In this document: one piece after another, positions 9,199 to 19,386 of the stretch | Layout: the number at the start of each line of letters is the position of its first letter | Numbering within the stretch: position 1 is the first letter of the stretch | Assembly (NCBI GenBank): GCA_963798845.1 | Contig: CAWCUS010000002.1 | Span: 576,001-640,000, forward strand | Direction of reading: 5' to 3' | DNA from: an uncultured Gemmatimonadales bacterium | GTDB lineage: Bacteria > Gemmatimonadota > Gemmatimonadetes > Longimicrobiales > RSA9 | Length of the DNA stretch: 64,000 nt | Position numbers and translations under genes: made by a program | Notes under the pieces: generated by a model | Database searches by the model: none | What the model was told of the DNA's origin: nothing | What the model saw: the letters and a program-made list of their open reading frames with translations, nothing else

Positions 9199-10928
9199 AG
9201 CCCGACGGGGCGGAACGCGTCCACGTCCACCAGCCCATGGTCAGTGATCTTGAGCGACGGGATCACTTCCAGCCCGAGGAACGACATGGCCATGAACGGG
9301 TCGTGGAGCGGGGAGCCCAGCGCGCGTGCGGCCGCCACGACCGCATCGAGCTGCTCCCGCACCAGTTCCACGCCCGCGAGCGACATGAGTCCCGCCACGG
9401 GCAGCGGCAACGTGGCCAAAACCATCCCGTCCCGGGCGACGGCGAGCCCGCCACCCGTCCGGGCCACCGCCTGCGCGGCCCGCAGCATGTCCCGGTCCGT
9501 GGCGCCGACGACGATGATGTTGTGGTGGTCGTGAGCCACCGTGCCGGCCATCGCCCCCACGTTCAGCCCCATTCCAGCCACCAGCCCCAGTCCCACGCGG
9601 CCGGTGCCGTGGTGCCGCTCGATCACCGCGATCTTGAGGAGGTCCCGACCCGGGTCCGCCACCACGAACCCATCCACCACCGTCGGCTCCAGCCGCTCCT
9701 CTCGGGTGACCAGCTGGTCCGGTACGACGCGGATCACCCGCACCCGTCCGCTCCCGCCCGGCGCGCCGGCGCCGACCCCGGGCTCTGGCGTCGCCGCGGG
9801 AATGCGCAGGTCCACGGCATCCCAGTCGACGTGCATGGAGGGTGGCGGGGGGGGAGGCGGGTCCGGGAGCGGGGCGACCATGGCCCCGTGGCGGGCCACG
9901 AGCTTGCCGCCGGCGTAGACGGCCGCCGCCCGGAAGTCTTCCAGGTCGCGCACCACCACGAGGTCCGCTCGCCGACCGGGAGCGATGGCGCCGCGGTCCG
10001 CCAGGCCGAAGCAGTCCGCCGCGTTCAGCGTCGCCAGGCGGATGGCCTCCAGCGGATCCAGGCCCTCGGAAACGGCGATGCGGATCATCGCATCGATGCC
10101 GCCCTCGTCCAGGAGGTCGCCCGGCTGCCGGTCATCCGTGCACAGAGCCACGCGCCGGAGGTTGCCGGGCGTGAGCGCCGGGAGGAGCGCCCGGAGGTTG
10201 CGGGCGTTCGTCGCCTGGCGCAGGAACACCCAGAGCCCGCGCCGCAGCTTCTCGGCGGCTTCCGCCGGCGTGGTGCACTCATGGTCCGAGCGCGGCCCGG
10301 CGGCCACGTAGGCGTTGAGCGCCTTGCCGGTCACGCCCGGGGCGTGGCCGTCCACCGGTCGGCCCGCGAACGCGTCGAGCTTGGCGGCCATTTCGGGGTC
10401 GCCGTGGATCGCGCCCGGGTAGTTCATGACCTCCCCCAGTCCGAGCACGCGCGGGTGGAGCAGCCCGGCGAGCGTCGCGGCATCGAGGCGGGCGCCGGCC
10501 GTCGCCATGGGCGTGGCGGGGACGCACGAGCTGACCATGACGAAGACCGACAGCGGCAGCCTGTCGCTCGCCTCCAGCATCCACCGCATCCCGTTCAGCC
10601 CGTGGACGTTGGCGATCTCGTGCGGGTCAGCGACCACGGTCGTCGTGCCGCGGGGAAGGACCGCGCGCGCGAACTCCGGTGGCGCCACCATGCTCGACTC
10701 GATGTGGACGTGGGCGTCGATCAGCCCGGGAACGAGAAAGGCGCCGTCGAGGTCCACCGTCTCTGCCGCTTCGTAGCCAGGGCCGAGCCCCGCCACGAAA
10801 GCGTCCGCCACCGCAACGTCGACCGTCTCCACCTCGTCCGTGAGAACGTTCACCACATGGCCGTGGGTGAAGAGGACGTCGGCTGGTTCATCGCCGCGGG
10901 CCACGGCCAAGAGGTGCGCTCGGTCCAT
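9189..10928 (-). CDS. ade: Adenine deaminase
   Basis: PGLIDAHVHIESS, DPHEIANV, DGHAP, DHEC, CTDD, HDHHN, LEVIPSLK motifs. Confidence 0.96.
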   Translation of the reverse strand: MDRAHLLAVARGDEPADVLFTHGHVVNVLTDEVETVDVAVADAFVAGLGPGYEAAETVDLDGAFLVPGLIDAHVHIESSMVAPPEFARAVLPRGTTTVVADPHEIANVHGLNGMRWMLEASDRLPLSVFVMVSSCVPATPMATAGARLDAATLAGLLHPRVLGLGEVMNYPGAIHGDPEMAAKLDAFAGRPVDGHAPGVTGKALNAYVAAGPRSDHECTTPAEAAEKLRRGLWVFLRQATNARNLRALLPALTPGNLRRVALCTDDRQPGDLLDEGGIDAMIRIAVSEGLDPLEAIRLATLNAADCFGLADRGAIAPGRRADLVVVRDLEDFRAAAVYAGGKLVARHGAMVAPLPDPPPPPPPSMHVDWDAVDLRIPAATPEPGVGAGAPGGSGRVRVIRVVPDQLVTREERLEPTVVDGFVVADPGRDLLKIAVIERHHGTGRVGLGLVAGMGLNVGAMAGTVAHDHHNIIVVGATDRDMLRAAQAVARTGGGLAVARDGMVLATLPLPVAGLMSLAGVELVREQLDAVVAAARALGSPLHDPFMAMSFLGLEVIPSLKITDHGLVDVDAFRPVGLWS

Positions 10929-11105
10929 GCTTCGGCTCCGGTGGATGGTCCGGGAGGGAGTCGGGTCTGCAAGCCTACAGCACCGCGTGCGGCGGCGCGA
11001 GGGGTCCGGGAGGGTGTCCGGTCAGGTGGGCCGTCCGCTCCGCACCGACAGCCGGGGCAGACGATCGATCGGCGGGAGCCACGGCCGCGGCTCCCGCCCG
11101 ATCGG

Positions 11106-11282
11106 TCAGACGCGCTGGAGCTTCTTGCGCTTCACGTTGTAGCGCATGGACTTCGAGCGCTGCACGCTGCCGTCGGACAGCGCGCGGTACACGGTCTTCA
11201 ACGCCGCGTCCGGCTCCCTGCGGTCCGACCAGAACAGGTCGGTCGGGGTGCCGTCTGCATTCGCGATGGGGATCCTGGCCAT
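11106..11282 (-). CDS. Small basic hypothetical protein (58 aa; below ORF-track cutoff)
   Basis: GGAGGA RBS; MARIPIANADGTPTDLFWSDRREPDAALKTVYRALSDGSVQRSKSMRYNVKRKKLQRV*; nearly all third positions G/C; TATAAAT upstream. Confidence 0.75.
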   Translation of the reverse strand: MARIPIANADGTPTDLFWSDRREPDAALKTVYRALSDGSVQRSKSMRYNVKRKKLQRV

Positions 11283-11571
11283 ACGTCCTCCGGGTGCTCG
11301 TGGGAATCGCAGGCCGCGGATTCGGCTTGAAATTCAGTGAGAGCATTTATACCCGCCTGCGCCGCTCCGGGTCCCCGGGGAGCTGTCCTGGCGCCTCCAG
11401 CGGGCTGCACAGGCCCGACCTGAGATTCTGGCGTTTTCGCTGGCGGGCAACGCAGATTGGTGCCCCGTCCGGCCAACCTATCCGGCGGCCGGACGCGTCA
11501 CTGTGGCTCTGCGGCCCCTACCCGAACAGTGAGGTGATGGTCATGCGTGTTCGCTTCCCGAGGAGCGCCCG

Positions 11572-12177
11572 ATGAACCCCGGCCTCCTCCAGCTGCTCCG
11601 TGTACTGCATGTCGTCGGTGGCGCTTTCTGGTTCGGCGCCACGGTCATGATGACAGCGTTCGTCGGGCCGAGCGTCGAGGCCGCCGGTCCGGCAGGCGGC
11701 CAGGTCATGGGTCAGATCACGACCGTTCGGAAGCTGCATTTCTGGATGTTCGTGGCCTCCACCACCACGCTCCTCAGCGGGCTCTGGCTGTACGAGTGGC
11801 GTTCCGGCGGATTCAACGGTGGCTGGGTACTCTCGACGCCGGGGCTCACGTACACCGTGAGCGGCCTCTTCGCTCTGGCCGGCAGTCTGGTGGGCGGGGG
11901 GATGGTGGGTCGCTCCGCGAAAGCGCTCGCGGCGCTGGCCGGAGCCCCGCCGCCTCGCCGCGTTCCGGCCCCCGCGATGGCGGGCGGCGCCGGTGGCGCC
12001 GCATCCGTGCCGGCCGCCGCCGCCGGTGCGACGGCCGCCGCCGCCGTGCCGGCCGCCGCCGCCGCGCCGCCGCCGGAGGTCCTGCGCCTCGCGAAGCGAA
12101 TGAAGGTGGGCTCCAGAATCGCCACCGCGCTCCTGACGCTGGCCCTCCTCGGCATGGCGGTGGGCCGCTACATCTGA
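11572..12177 (+). CDS. Four-TM membrane protein (DUF2269/CopD-like) with Ala/Pro-rich insertion
   Basis: LRVLHVVGGAFWFG, LLSGLWLY, C-terminal MAVGRY; GAGGAG RBS. Confidence 0.8.
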   Translation: MNPGLLQLLRVLHVVGGAFWFGATVMMTAFVGPSVEAAGPAGGQVMGQITTVRKLHFWMFVASTTTLLSGLWLYEWRSGGFNGGWVLSTPGLTYTVSGLFALAGSLVGGGMVGRSAKALAALAGAPPPRRVPAPAMAGGAGGAASVPAAAAGATAAAAVPAAAAAPPPEVLRLAKRMKVGSRIATALLTLALLGMAVGRYI

Positions 12178-12262
12178 TGCCGCACGGCTGGACCGTCGGC
12201 GTACGCCGGCGACCGGAGTCTCGACCGTCGCGGCGGGCTCCGGGCGGCTGCGGCGCCGACGC

Positions 12263-15200
12263 TCAGCCCCCGGACTCCTCTGCCGCTCTGTCGGGCTCCG
12301 GCGCCTTCGGCGTGATGGCCGGGAGCTTGCCCTCCATGCGCGTGTTGAAAGCCGGCACCGTGGTGTCCATCAGTGTGTGGTACGCCGTCGTGGCCGACGC
12401 CAGCTCCGACTCCAGGGACCGGAGCCATGCCATCTGCGCGTCGGTGGGCCGGTGGTCGGCGCCGCCCTGGACATCACCGCCGCCAGAGCCGAGGTCGGCC
12501 GAGAGCCAGACGTACTGCAGGTAGAGCCGGTTCTGCTCGACGTACCACTTGTCGTCGGAGTTGAGCTCCTCGCGAGTGAGGAAACGGAGCTCCACGTCCA
12601 TCATCGCGCTGTCGAGCGCGGCCAGCGGAGCGGCGACGCTGTCCTCCTGCGCGTGCGACTTCCCGAGGTCCTCGACCTGCCTGCGCATGATCTCGAGCCG
12701 GTTGGTCATGGCGACCACCGAGTCGATCCCCGCCCGCACCCGCAGCTGCGCGGCCGTGGAGGCTGCCAGCGCGTCATCCGACGCCGGGATGGCCGCGTCC
12801 TTCACCACGTGCAGCGGCTGCGTCAGCGTATCCCCGCCCACGACGACGCGCACCGTGTAGTCGCCGGGGCCGGCGAGCGGGCCCTGCCGCTGCGGCGCCT
12901 CGGTCCCCCAGTGGATGATGGGCCGCGTCTCCTTCCCCTTGAAGCGCGCGCCTTCCCAGATGTGCGGGTTGAGCGGCGCGAGCGTACGCAGCTCGGGCTG
13001 CTTCGGGCCGTCGTAGCGGAGGTCCCAGGTGACGCTGTTGACGCCGGCGCGCGGCGCAGCCTCGATGGTTCGGATCACCTTCCCGGCCGCGTCGAGGACC
13101 TGGACCGCGGCCACGGTGTCGGGCATCCGCGCGACCCGGTACAGGATCTCCGCGGTCCCGCTGCGGGCGTGGCGGATGCCGGGGCGAGGACGGAACAGGT
13201 AGGCGTCGGCGTCTGCGGGGACGGCGTCGCTCTGCTCCAGACGGGTGATGTCGCGCATGACCCACAGCCCGCGCCCGTACGTGGACACGACGAGGTCGTG
13301 GTACACGGGCTCGACCGCGATCCAGCTTACCGGCGCGGCCGGCAGCCCGGTCTGGAGCTGCGTCCACTTCGCGCCGTCGTCCATGGAGTAGTAGAAGCCG
13401 TGGCCCGTCCCCGCGAACAGCATCCCCTCCCGGTTCGGATTCTCGGCAACAGTCATGACGTAATCGAGCGGGTGTTCGTGGGGGAGCCCGTCGCTGATCT
13501 TCGTCCAGCTCTTCCCGTAGTCGGTGGTGCGGTACACGTACGGGTCGCGGTCGTCCATGAATGGCAGTCCACGGTCACGTACGCGGTGCCCGCGTGGAAG
13601 TGCGAAGGCTCGATCCGCCGGATCGTCCCCCATTCCGGCAGCCCGCCCACGTTCTTCGTCAGGTTCGTCCAGTTCTTCCCGCCGTTGCGGGTGATCCAGA
13701 TCAGGCCGTCGTTCGTGCCCGCCCAGATCAGCCCGCGCTCGAGCGTCGATGGCGCGATCGCGAAGACCACCTCCCCGTAGTACTGGCCCAGGTTGTCTCC
13801 CGTGGCGTGCGCCGGCTCCTCCCCGGGAATGCCACCGGAGAAAGCGATGCGCGACGGATCCTGTGTGGACAGGTCCGGGCTGATCACGTCCCAGCTCTGC
13901 CCCCGGTTCCGCGTCCGGAAGACCACCTGGCATCCGTAGTAGACGGTCTCCGGATCGAACGGGTCGATGGCGAGCGGCGGCGTCCAGTGGCACCGGTACT
14001 TGAGCACGTCCGGCGGCGAGTCGAGCGTGTGGATCCACGGGCTCACGCCCCGGGCCAGGCCGGTCCGGGCGTCGTAGCGGGTCACCGTGTTCGCGTAACA
14101 CGTGGCCCAGACGATGTCCGGGTTCGTCGGATCCGGGAGCGTGAACCCGGACTCGCAGCCGCCCAGCGGCCCTTCCCACCGGGGCCGCGCACGACCGCCG
14201 TATCCCCAGGTCTCGTCTTCTCCCTCGATGGCGGCGCGGCGCGGCGGATTCGCGTCGGGCGGCGCGTACGAAGGCACGTTGTCCACGGACACGGGCGAGT
14301 TGCTGGGGCCGCGCATCGAGCCGTCGTCCTGGCGGTTGCTGTAGACCCAGTAGGGCGTGCGGCGGTCCACCGCCACGTGGTACATCTGCCCGATCGGGAG
14401 GCGGACGTACTGGAAGTTGCGCCCGTGGTCGCGCGTCACGCCGGCGCCGCCATCGCCCGTGACGATCCAGTGGTCGGGGTCCAGCATGTCCCACCATACG
14501 TCGTGGCAGTCGCCGCACCCGCCGGCTTCCTCCGGGAACGTCTTCCCCCCGTCCGTGGAGCGGTGCGAGCTGCTGTTCATGACCACCACCTCGTCCGCGT
14601 CCACCGGATTCACCGCCAGGCGGATGTAATAGCCGGCACGGCCGATCAGGGTCCGGTCCCAGCTCACCACGTCCCAGGTCTTCCCGCTGTCATCGGAGCG
14701 CCAGAGCGAGCCCTGCGACCCCGTCTGGATCAGCGCGTACACCCGGTCGGGCCGCGACGGCGCCACGGCAACGTCGATCTTGCCGACGGGCGGGTTCGGC
14801 AGCCCCTCACCGTCGATCCGCGTCCACTCGTCGCCGCCATCGCGCGTGACGTACACCCCGCTCCCGGGGCCGCCGCTGTGCATGACCCAGGTGTGCATGA
14901 CCACGTCCCACGCCCCGGCGAAGAGGACCTCCGGCCGGGTCGGGTCCATGGCCAGCCCGGAGCAGCCCGTGTTCTCGTCCACGAACAGCACGCGGCTCCA
15001 GTGCTCGCCGCCGTCCTCCGTCCGGTAGACGCCGCGCTCCTGCTGTGGCCCCGTGGCGCGGCCCAGCGCGCAGACGAAGACCGTGGCGGCGTCCGTGGGG
15101 TGGACGATGATGCGCCCGATCCGCCCCGTTTGCTCCAGGCCCATGTGGCGCCACGTCTTCCCGCCATCCTTGGAGCGGTACACGCCGTCGCCCATGATGT

Positions 15201-15576
15201 CGGCGTCCCGGATCGCCCACGCCTCTCCCGTCCCCGCCCACACGATGTCCGGGTCGCTCGGCGCCACTGCCAGCGCGCCGATCGCCTGCACCGGCTGGTC
15301 GTCGAAAACCGGCTCGAACGTCTCGCCGCCGTCCACGGTCTTCCACACCCCGCCCGACGCCGCGCCCAGGTAGAACGTCGACGGACGCCCCGGCACTCCC
15401 GCGACGGCCGCGATCCGGCCCGCGCTCGCCGGCCCGAGATAATCGAAATGGAGGGCCGCCGGCTGGCTCACCTGCGGGCCACGGCTCTGGCCCCGCCGCT
15501 GCGCCACCACGATGGACGGAAGGGCGATGATGAGCGCGAGCGCCGCGCCCAGGGGAACGCGCGTCAGTGGCCGCAT
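12263..15576 (-). pseudogene. Secreted VPS10/BNR-repeat beta-propeller (glycosyl hydrolase-like), split by a 1-nt frameshift near 13560
   Basis: Signal peptide, GPASAGRI, many S/T-x-DGG-x-T/S-W Asp-boxes; frame switches in GAC TGC CAT TC ATG GAC between TAYVTVDCH and MDDRDPYVYRTTDYG. Confidence 0.9.
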
Positions 15577-15859
15577 GCTGCCTCCCACGTCGGGAATGGA
15601 GAACGGGATGGTGTGACTCCGGCCGGTCCGCACATGCTATCTCGCGAGGGGCACACGAACAACCGGGCGGCCGACCCATCGGGCGCCGACGGGTCCCGCA
15701 GGGGCCGGGAGCAGTCCGCAGCGATCCTCGCCGGCGCCGTAATCCCGGTTCCCGCGGTAGCCTTTCATTGGCAAGACGTTTGCACCTATCTCACATGAGC
15801 CCAACAGGTTGCGGCTCAATGGGCGCAATCGGAGAAACCTTCGCGGCAGGAGGAGCAGC

Positions 15860-16468
15860 ATGGCGGGCGAACGCTACATGACGATGGACCACGAGCGGAT
15901 CCGGGAGTGGGTGGAGGAGCGCGACGGAAAGCCGTCCACCGTCCGCTCCACCCACAGCGACGATGACGCGGGCCTGATCCGGCTCGACTTCCCGGGCTAT
16001 TCCGGCGGCGACTCGCTGGAGGAGATCTCGTGGGAGGAGTGGTTCGAAAAATTCGACGACAGCGGCCTCGTGCTGCTTTTCCAGGAGACGCTTTCGTCGG
16101 GCGGCCAGAGCAGCTTCAACAAGCTCATCAGCCGCGAGACGGCAGAGGAGAACGACAGCGCCGAGTGGGTCGGCGGCGAGGGTCGCCGGGGCGGCTCGCG
16201 CCCGTCCGCGAGCCGCGAATCCGCGAGCCGCGACTCGCGCTCCTCCGGGCGCGGGGGCAGGCGGACCGGGCGAGTGAACCTGAACACCGCCACGGCCCAG
16301 GAGCTCGATACCGTCTTCGGCATCGGCCCGGCAACGGCGGAGAAGATCGTGCGCTACCGCGACCAGGAGCTCGGGGGCGAGTTCCACAGCGAGCATGACA
16401 TCACCCACATCCCCGGCATCGGCGACAGGACGGCCGAGGCGATCCTGCGGAATGCGCGCGTGCGCTGA
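15860..16468 (+). CDS. Fusion of an uncharacterised acidic N-terminal domain with a ComEA-type helix-hairpin-helix DNA-binding domain
   Basis: AGGAGGAG RBS; DHERIREWVEERDGKP...ISWEEWFEKF N-domain; VNLNTATAQEL..GIGPATAEKIV..R...IPGIG HhH pair. Confidence 0.85.
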   Translation: MAGERYMTMDHERIREWVEERDGKPSTVRSTHSDDDAGLIRLDFPGYSGGDSLEEISWEEWFEKFDDSGLVLLFQETLSSGGQSSFNKLISRETAEENDSAEWVGGEGRRGGSRPSASRESASRDSRSSGRGGRRTGRVNLNTATAQELDTVFGIGPATAEKIVRYRDQELGGEFHSEHDITHIPGIGDRTAEAILRNARVR

Positions 16469-16486
16469 AGCCGGCCAGGCCGGGAA

Positions 16487-18229
16487 TCACCCCTCCGGGT
16501 CCACGCGGAACACTACCGCTTCCAGCCCTCCGACCCCGCCCGCGGGGAAGCGGCCGGCGACCCGACCGTCGGCGCCGACGGACACCCGGGCCGCATTCCC
16601 TGCTCCGAGAAGGGGTGAGATCGTGTAGCGGCCCGGCGCCATCGCTTCCGCGGGCAGGGTCAGTCGCACCGATTCCAGCGGTCGGGACCCGAGGTTCGCC
16701 ACCACCAGCGCGGTCTCGTCACCGGCGCGGCGCACGAATGCCATGACCGTGTCGCTCCCGGTGTCGAGCGGGAGGAAGTCGCCGCGGCCGAGCGCCGCAC
16801 TGCCGGTGCGGAGGTGGATCAGCGCCCGGTAGTGGTTGAGGAGCGAGCCCGGTTCGTCGGACTGCGCTTCCACGTTGGCGGTGAGCGAGTCGGGGTGCGG
16901 CGGCTCCCAGGGCATGGCGGAGGTGAAGCCGAGCCCGGGTCGGGTCGCCCAGGGCATGGGCGTGCGCAGCCGGATGTCGCCCCGGCGCTTGTCCCCCGTC
17001 ATGCCCAGCTCCTCGCCGTAGTAGACGAACGGGAAGCCGGGGAGCGTGAGGAGGAGGGTTGCGGCGAGGCGCGCGCGGGGCTCGTCGCCGTGGAGATCCG
17101 TCATGGTGCGCGTCTGGTCGTGGTTGCGCAGCAGCGTGGCGTAGCGGTGGTCGGGGATCGTGCGCTCGAGTCGCCCGACCTGGGCTTCGAGCGTGCTCTT
17201 CGAGCCCGAGCGGACGGCGCCCAGGATGGCGTCCGACAGTCCGAACATGAAGTAGCTGTCGAGCTGGTCCGGGTAGTACTCCAGGATGGCGCCGATGCTG
17301 TCCATGACCTCGCCCACGGTGAACACGGCGGGGTCCATGGCTTCGAGGGCGTCCTGGTAGTCGCGCAGCCACGGGTGCACCGCGGGCACGCTCTTCCACT
17401 CGCCGTCGGCCCCCTCGAAGAAGTGGGCGACGGCGTCCAGGCGGAAGCCGTCCACCCCCATGCTGTCCAGCCAGAAGCGGGCGATCCGCCCGGCCTCGGC
17501 GGTCACGGCCGGGTTCGCGAGGTCCAGGTCCGGCATGCCGCTCCAGAACAGTCCGTAATAGAACTCGTCGCGGTACGGGTTCCTGTGCCAGGTGGGGGCC
17601 TGCCATCCGGGCGAGGGCTGCGGCGCCGGCGCCCACCGGTACCAGTCGTGGTACGCGGAGGCCGGGTCCAGGAGCGCCTGGCGGAACCACGGGTGCTCGG
17701 ACGAAGTGTGGTTCAGCACGAGGTCGAACAGGATCCGGATCCCCCGACGGTGCGCCTCGTCGGCGAGCCGGCGGAAGTCGGCCTCCGTGCCGTAGTCCCG
17801 GTTGACTGCGAAGTAGTTGGTGACGTCGTACCCGTGGTACGAGGGCGACTCGTTCACGGGCATCAGCCAGATGCATCCGGCGCCGAGGTCGTCGCTCGTG
17901 GCCGGGTCCCCGTCGTTGATGTAGTCGAGTCGGTCGATCAGCCCGCGGAGATCGCCCACGCCGTCGCCATCACTGTCCTGGAAGGAGCGCACGAACACCT
18001 CGTAGCAGACCGTGCTCCGCCACCAGTCACCCGGCTCCGAAGCGCCGGCTCCGGTGGCGGCGGTCTGGGCCGTGAGCCGTCCGGGAGACACCGCCGCCAC
18101 GGCCGCCGCCAGCGCGATCGCGCCGATGGCGATGGCGGAGGCGCCCGGGCCCTTGGCGCCGGGGCAGGCGGTCTTCCGGCCGATTGCGGCCTTCTCTGCG
18201 GGTGGCTGGACGGCGAGCGAGCGAGTCAT
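16487..18229 (-). CDS. Secreted GH13 alpha-amylase/oligo-glucosidase (GH13_36-like)
   Basis: YEVFVRSFQDSDGDGVGDL, YHGYDV, DLVLNH, DGFRLDA, VGEV, LRNHD, YYGEELGM. Confidence 0.93.
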   Translation of the reverse strand: MTRSLAVQPPAEKAAIGRKTACPGAKGPGASAIAIGAIALAAAVAAVSPGRLTAQTAATGAGASEPGDWWRSTVCYEVFVRSFQDSDGDGVGDLRGLIDRLDYINDGDPATSDDLGAGCIWLMPVNESPSYHGYDVTNYFAVNRDYGTEADFRRLADEAHRRGIRILFDLVLNHTSSEHPWFRQALLDPASAYHDWYRWAPAPQPSPGWQAPTWHRNPYRDEFYYGLFWSGMPDLDLANPAVTAEAGRIARFWLDSMGVDGFRLDAVAHFFEGADGEWKSVPAVHPWLRDYQDALEAMDPAVFTVGEVMDSIGAILEYYPDQLDSYFMFGLSDAILGAVRSGSKSTLEAQVGRLERTIPDHRYATLLRNHDQTRTMTDLHGDEPRARLAATLLLTLPGFPFVYYGEELGMTGDKRRGDIRLRTPMPWATRPGLGFTSAMPWEPPHPDSLTANVEAQSDEPGSLLNHYRALIHLRTGSAALGRGDFLPLDTGSDTVMAFVRRAGDETALVVANLGSRPLESVRLTLPAEAMAPGRYTISPLLGAGNAARVSVGADGRVAGRFPAGGVGGLEAVVFRVDPEG

Positions 18230-18353
18230 GGCTTGGCTCCGTTCCCGATGGTGGTTCGCGACGCGACTGTGATAGGTTGCGGGCGAGGATTCCGCAATCC
18301 ACACTGCACCATCCTCCACTCCTCGCCCGGGAGCCGTCCATGAGAGACAGCCG

Positions 18354-19367
18354 GTGAGCGTTTTCACGCTGACCAACGAGCACGGCCTGGAGGCCCGGGT
18401 GACGGACTTCGGGGGAATCCTGCTCTCGCTGCTGGTGCCGGACCGCGCGGGGCGCCTCGGTGACGTGGTCCTCGGCTTCGACCGTCCCTCGGACTACCAC
18501 TCCAACCCCGCGTACTTTGGCGCGCTCGTGGGGCGCTACGCCAACCGGATCGCACGGGCCCGCTTCGAGCTGGACGGCCGGGTCCACGTGCTGGCGGCGA
18601 ACGAGCCGCCGCACCACCTGCACGGCGGCCTGCGCGGCTTCGACCGGGTGACGTGGGAGGCGGAGCCGGTCCGGGACGACGCCGGGGACGGGCTGGTCCT
18701 CCGCTACACGAGCCCGGACGGCGAGGAGGGCTATCCGGGCACGCTCGACGTGCGCGTGCGCTACACGCTCACGGCCGCGGATGAGCTGGTGCTGGACTAC
18801 CACGCGGCCGCCGATCGGGCGACGCCGGTGAACCTCACACACCACAGCTACTTCGATCTCGCGGGGGGCGCCGGGTCCGACGTGCTGGGCCACGTCCTCA
18901 AGCTCGGCGCCGCGACGTTCACGCCGGTGGACCCGACGCTGATCCCCACCGGCGAGGTCCGGGCCGTGCAGGGGACGCCGTTCGACTTCCGGAGCCCCCG
19001 GCGCCTGGGCGAGCGCATCTTCGACCACGACGACCAGCTCCGGTTCGGCGGGGGGTACGACCACAACCTGGTCCTCGGGGCTCCCGGGGACGACGGCCTG
19101 CGCTTCGCCGCGCGCCTGGCCGAGCCCCGGACGGGGCGGGTGCTCGAGATCCGCACCACGGAGCCCGGTCTCCAGCTATACTCCGGCAACGGCCTCGACG
19201 GCTCACTGGTGGGGAAGGGAGGACGGCGCTACGGCCCCAGGGCGGGGGTGGCGCTGGAGACGCAGCACTTCCCCGATTCGCCGAACCACCCGAACTTCCC
19301 ATCCACCATCCTGAGGCCCGGCGAGGCGTTCCGTTCCCGCACGGTCCACCGGTTCCTTTCGGAATGA
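18354..19367 (+). CDS. galM: Aldose 1-epimerase (galactose mutarotase)
   Basis: YFGALVGRYANRI, HLHGG, EEGYPG, NLTHHSYF, GYDHN, ALETQHFPDSPN. Confidence 0.96.
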   Translation: MSVFTLTNEHGLEARVTDFGGILLSLLVPDRAGRLGDVVLGFDRPSDYHSNPAYFGALVGRYANRIARARFELDGRVHVLAANEPPHHLHGGLRGFDRVTWEAEPVRDDAGDGLVLRYTSPDGEEGYPGTLDVRVRYTLTAADELVLDYHAAADRATPVNLTHHSYFDLAGGAGSDVLGHVLKLGAATFTPVDPTLIPTGEVRAVQGTPFDFRSPRRLGERIFDHDDQLRFGGGYDHNLVLGAPGDDGLRFAARLAEPRTGRVLEIRTTEPGLQLYSGNGLDGSLVGKGGRRYGPRAGVALETQHFPDSPNHPNFPSTILRPGEAFRSRTVHRFLSE

Positions 19368-19386
19368 CCGGAGCGAGAGACGCGCA

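Noticed and set aside
15770..15784. LacI-type operator GCAAGACGTTTGC
   Set aside because: Imperfect, outside the PUL promoters and not repeated elsewhere in the window
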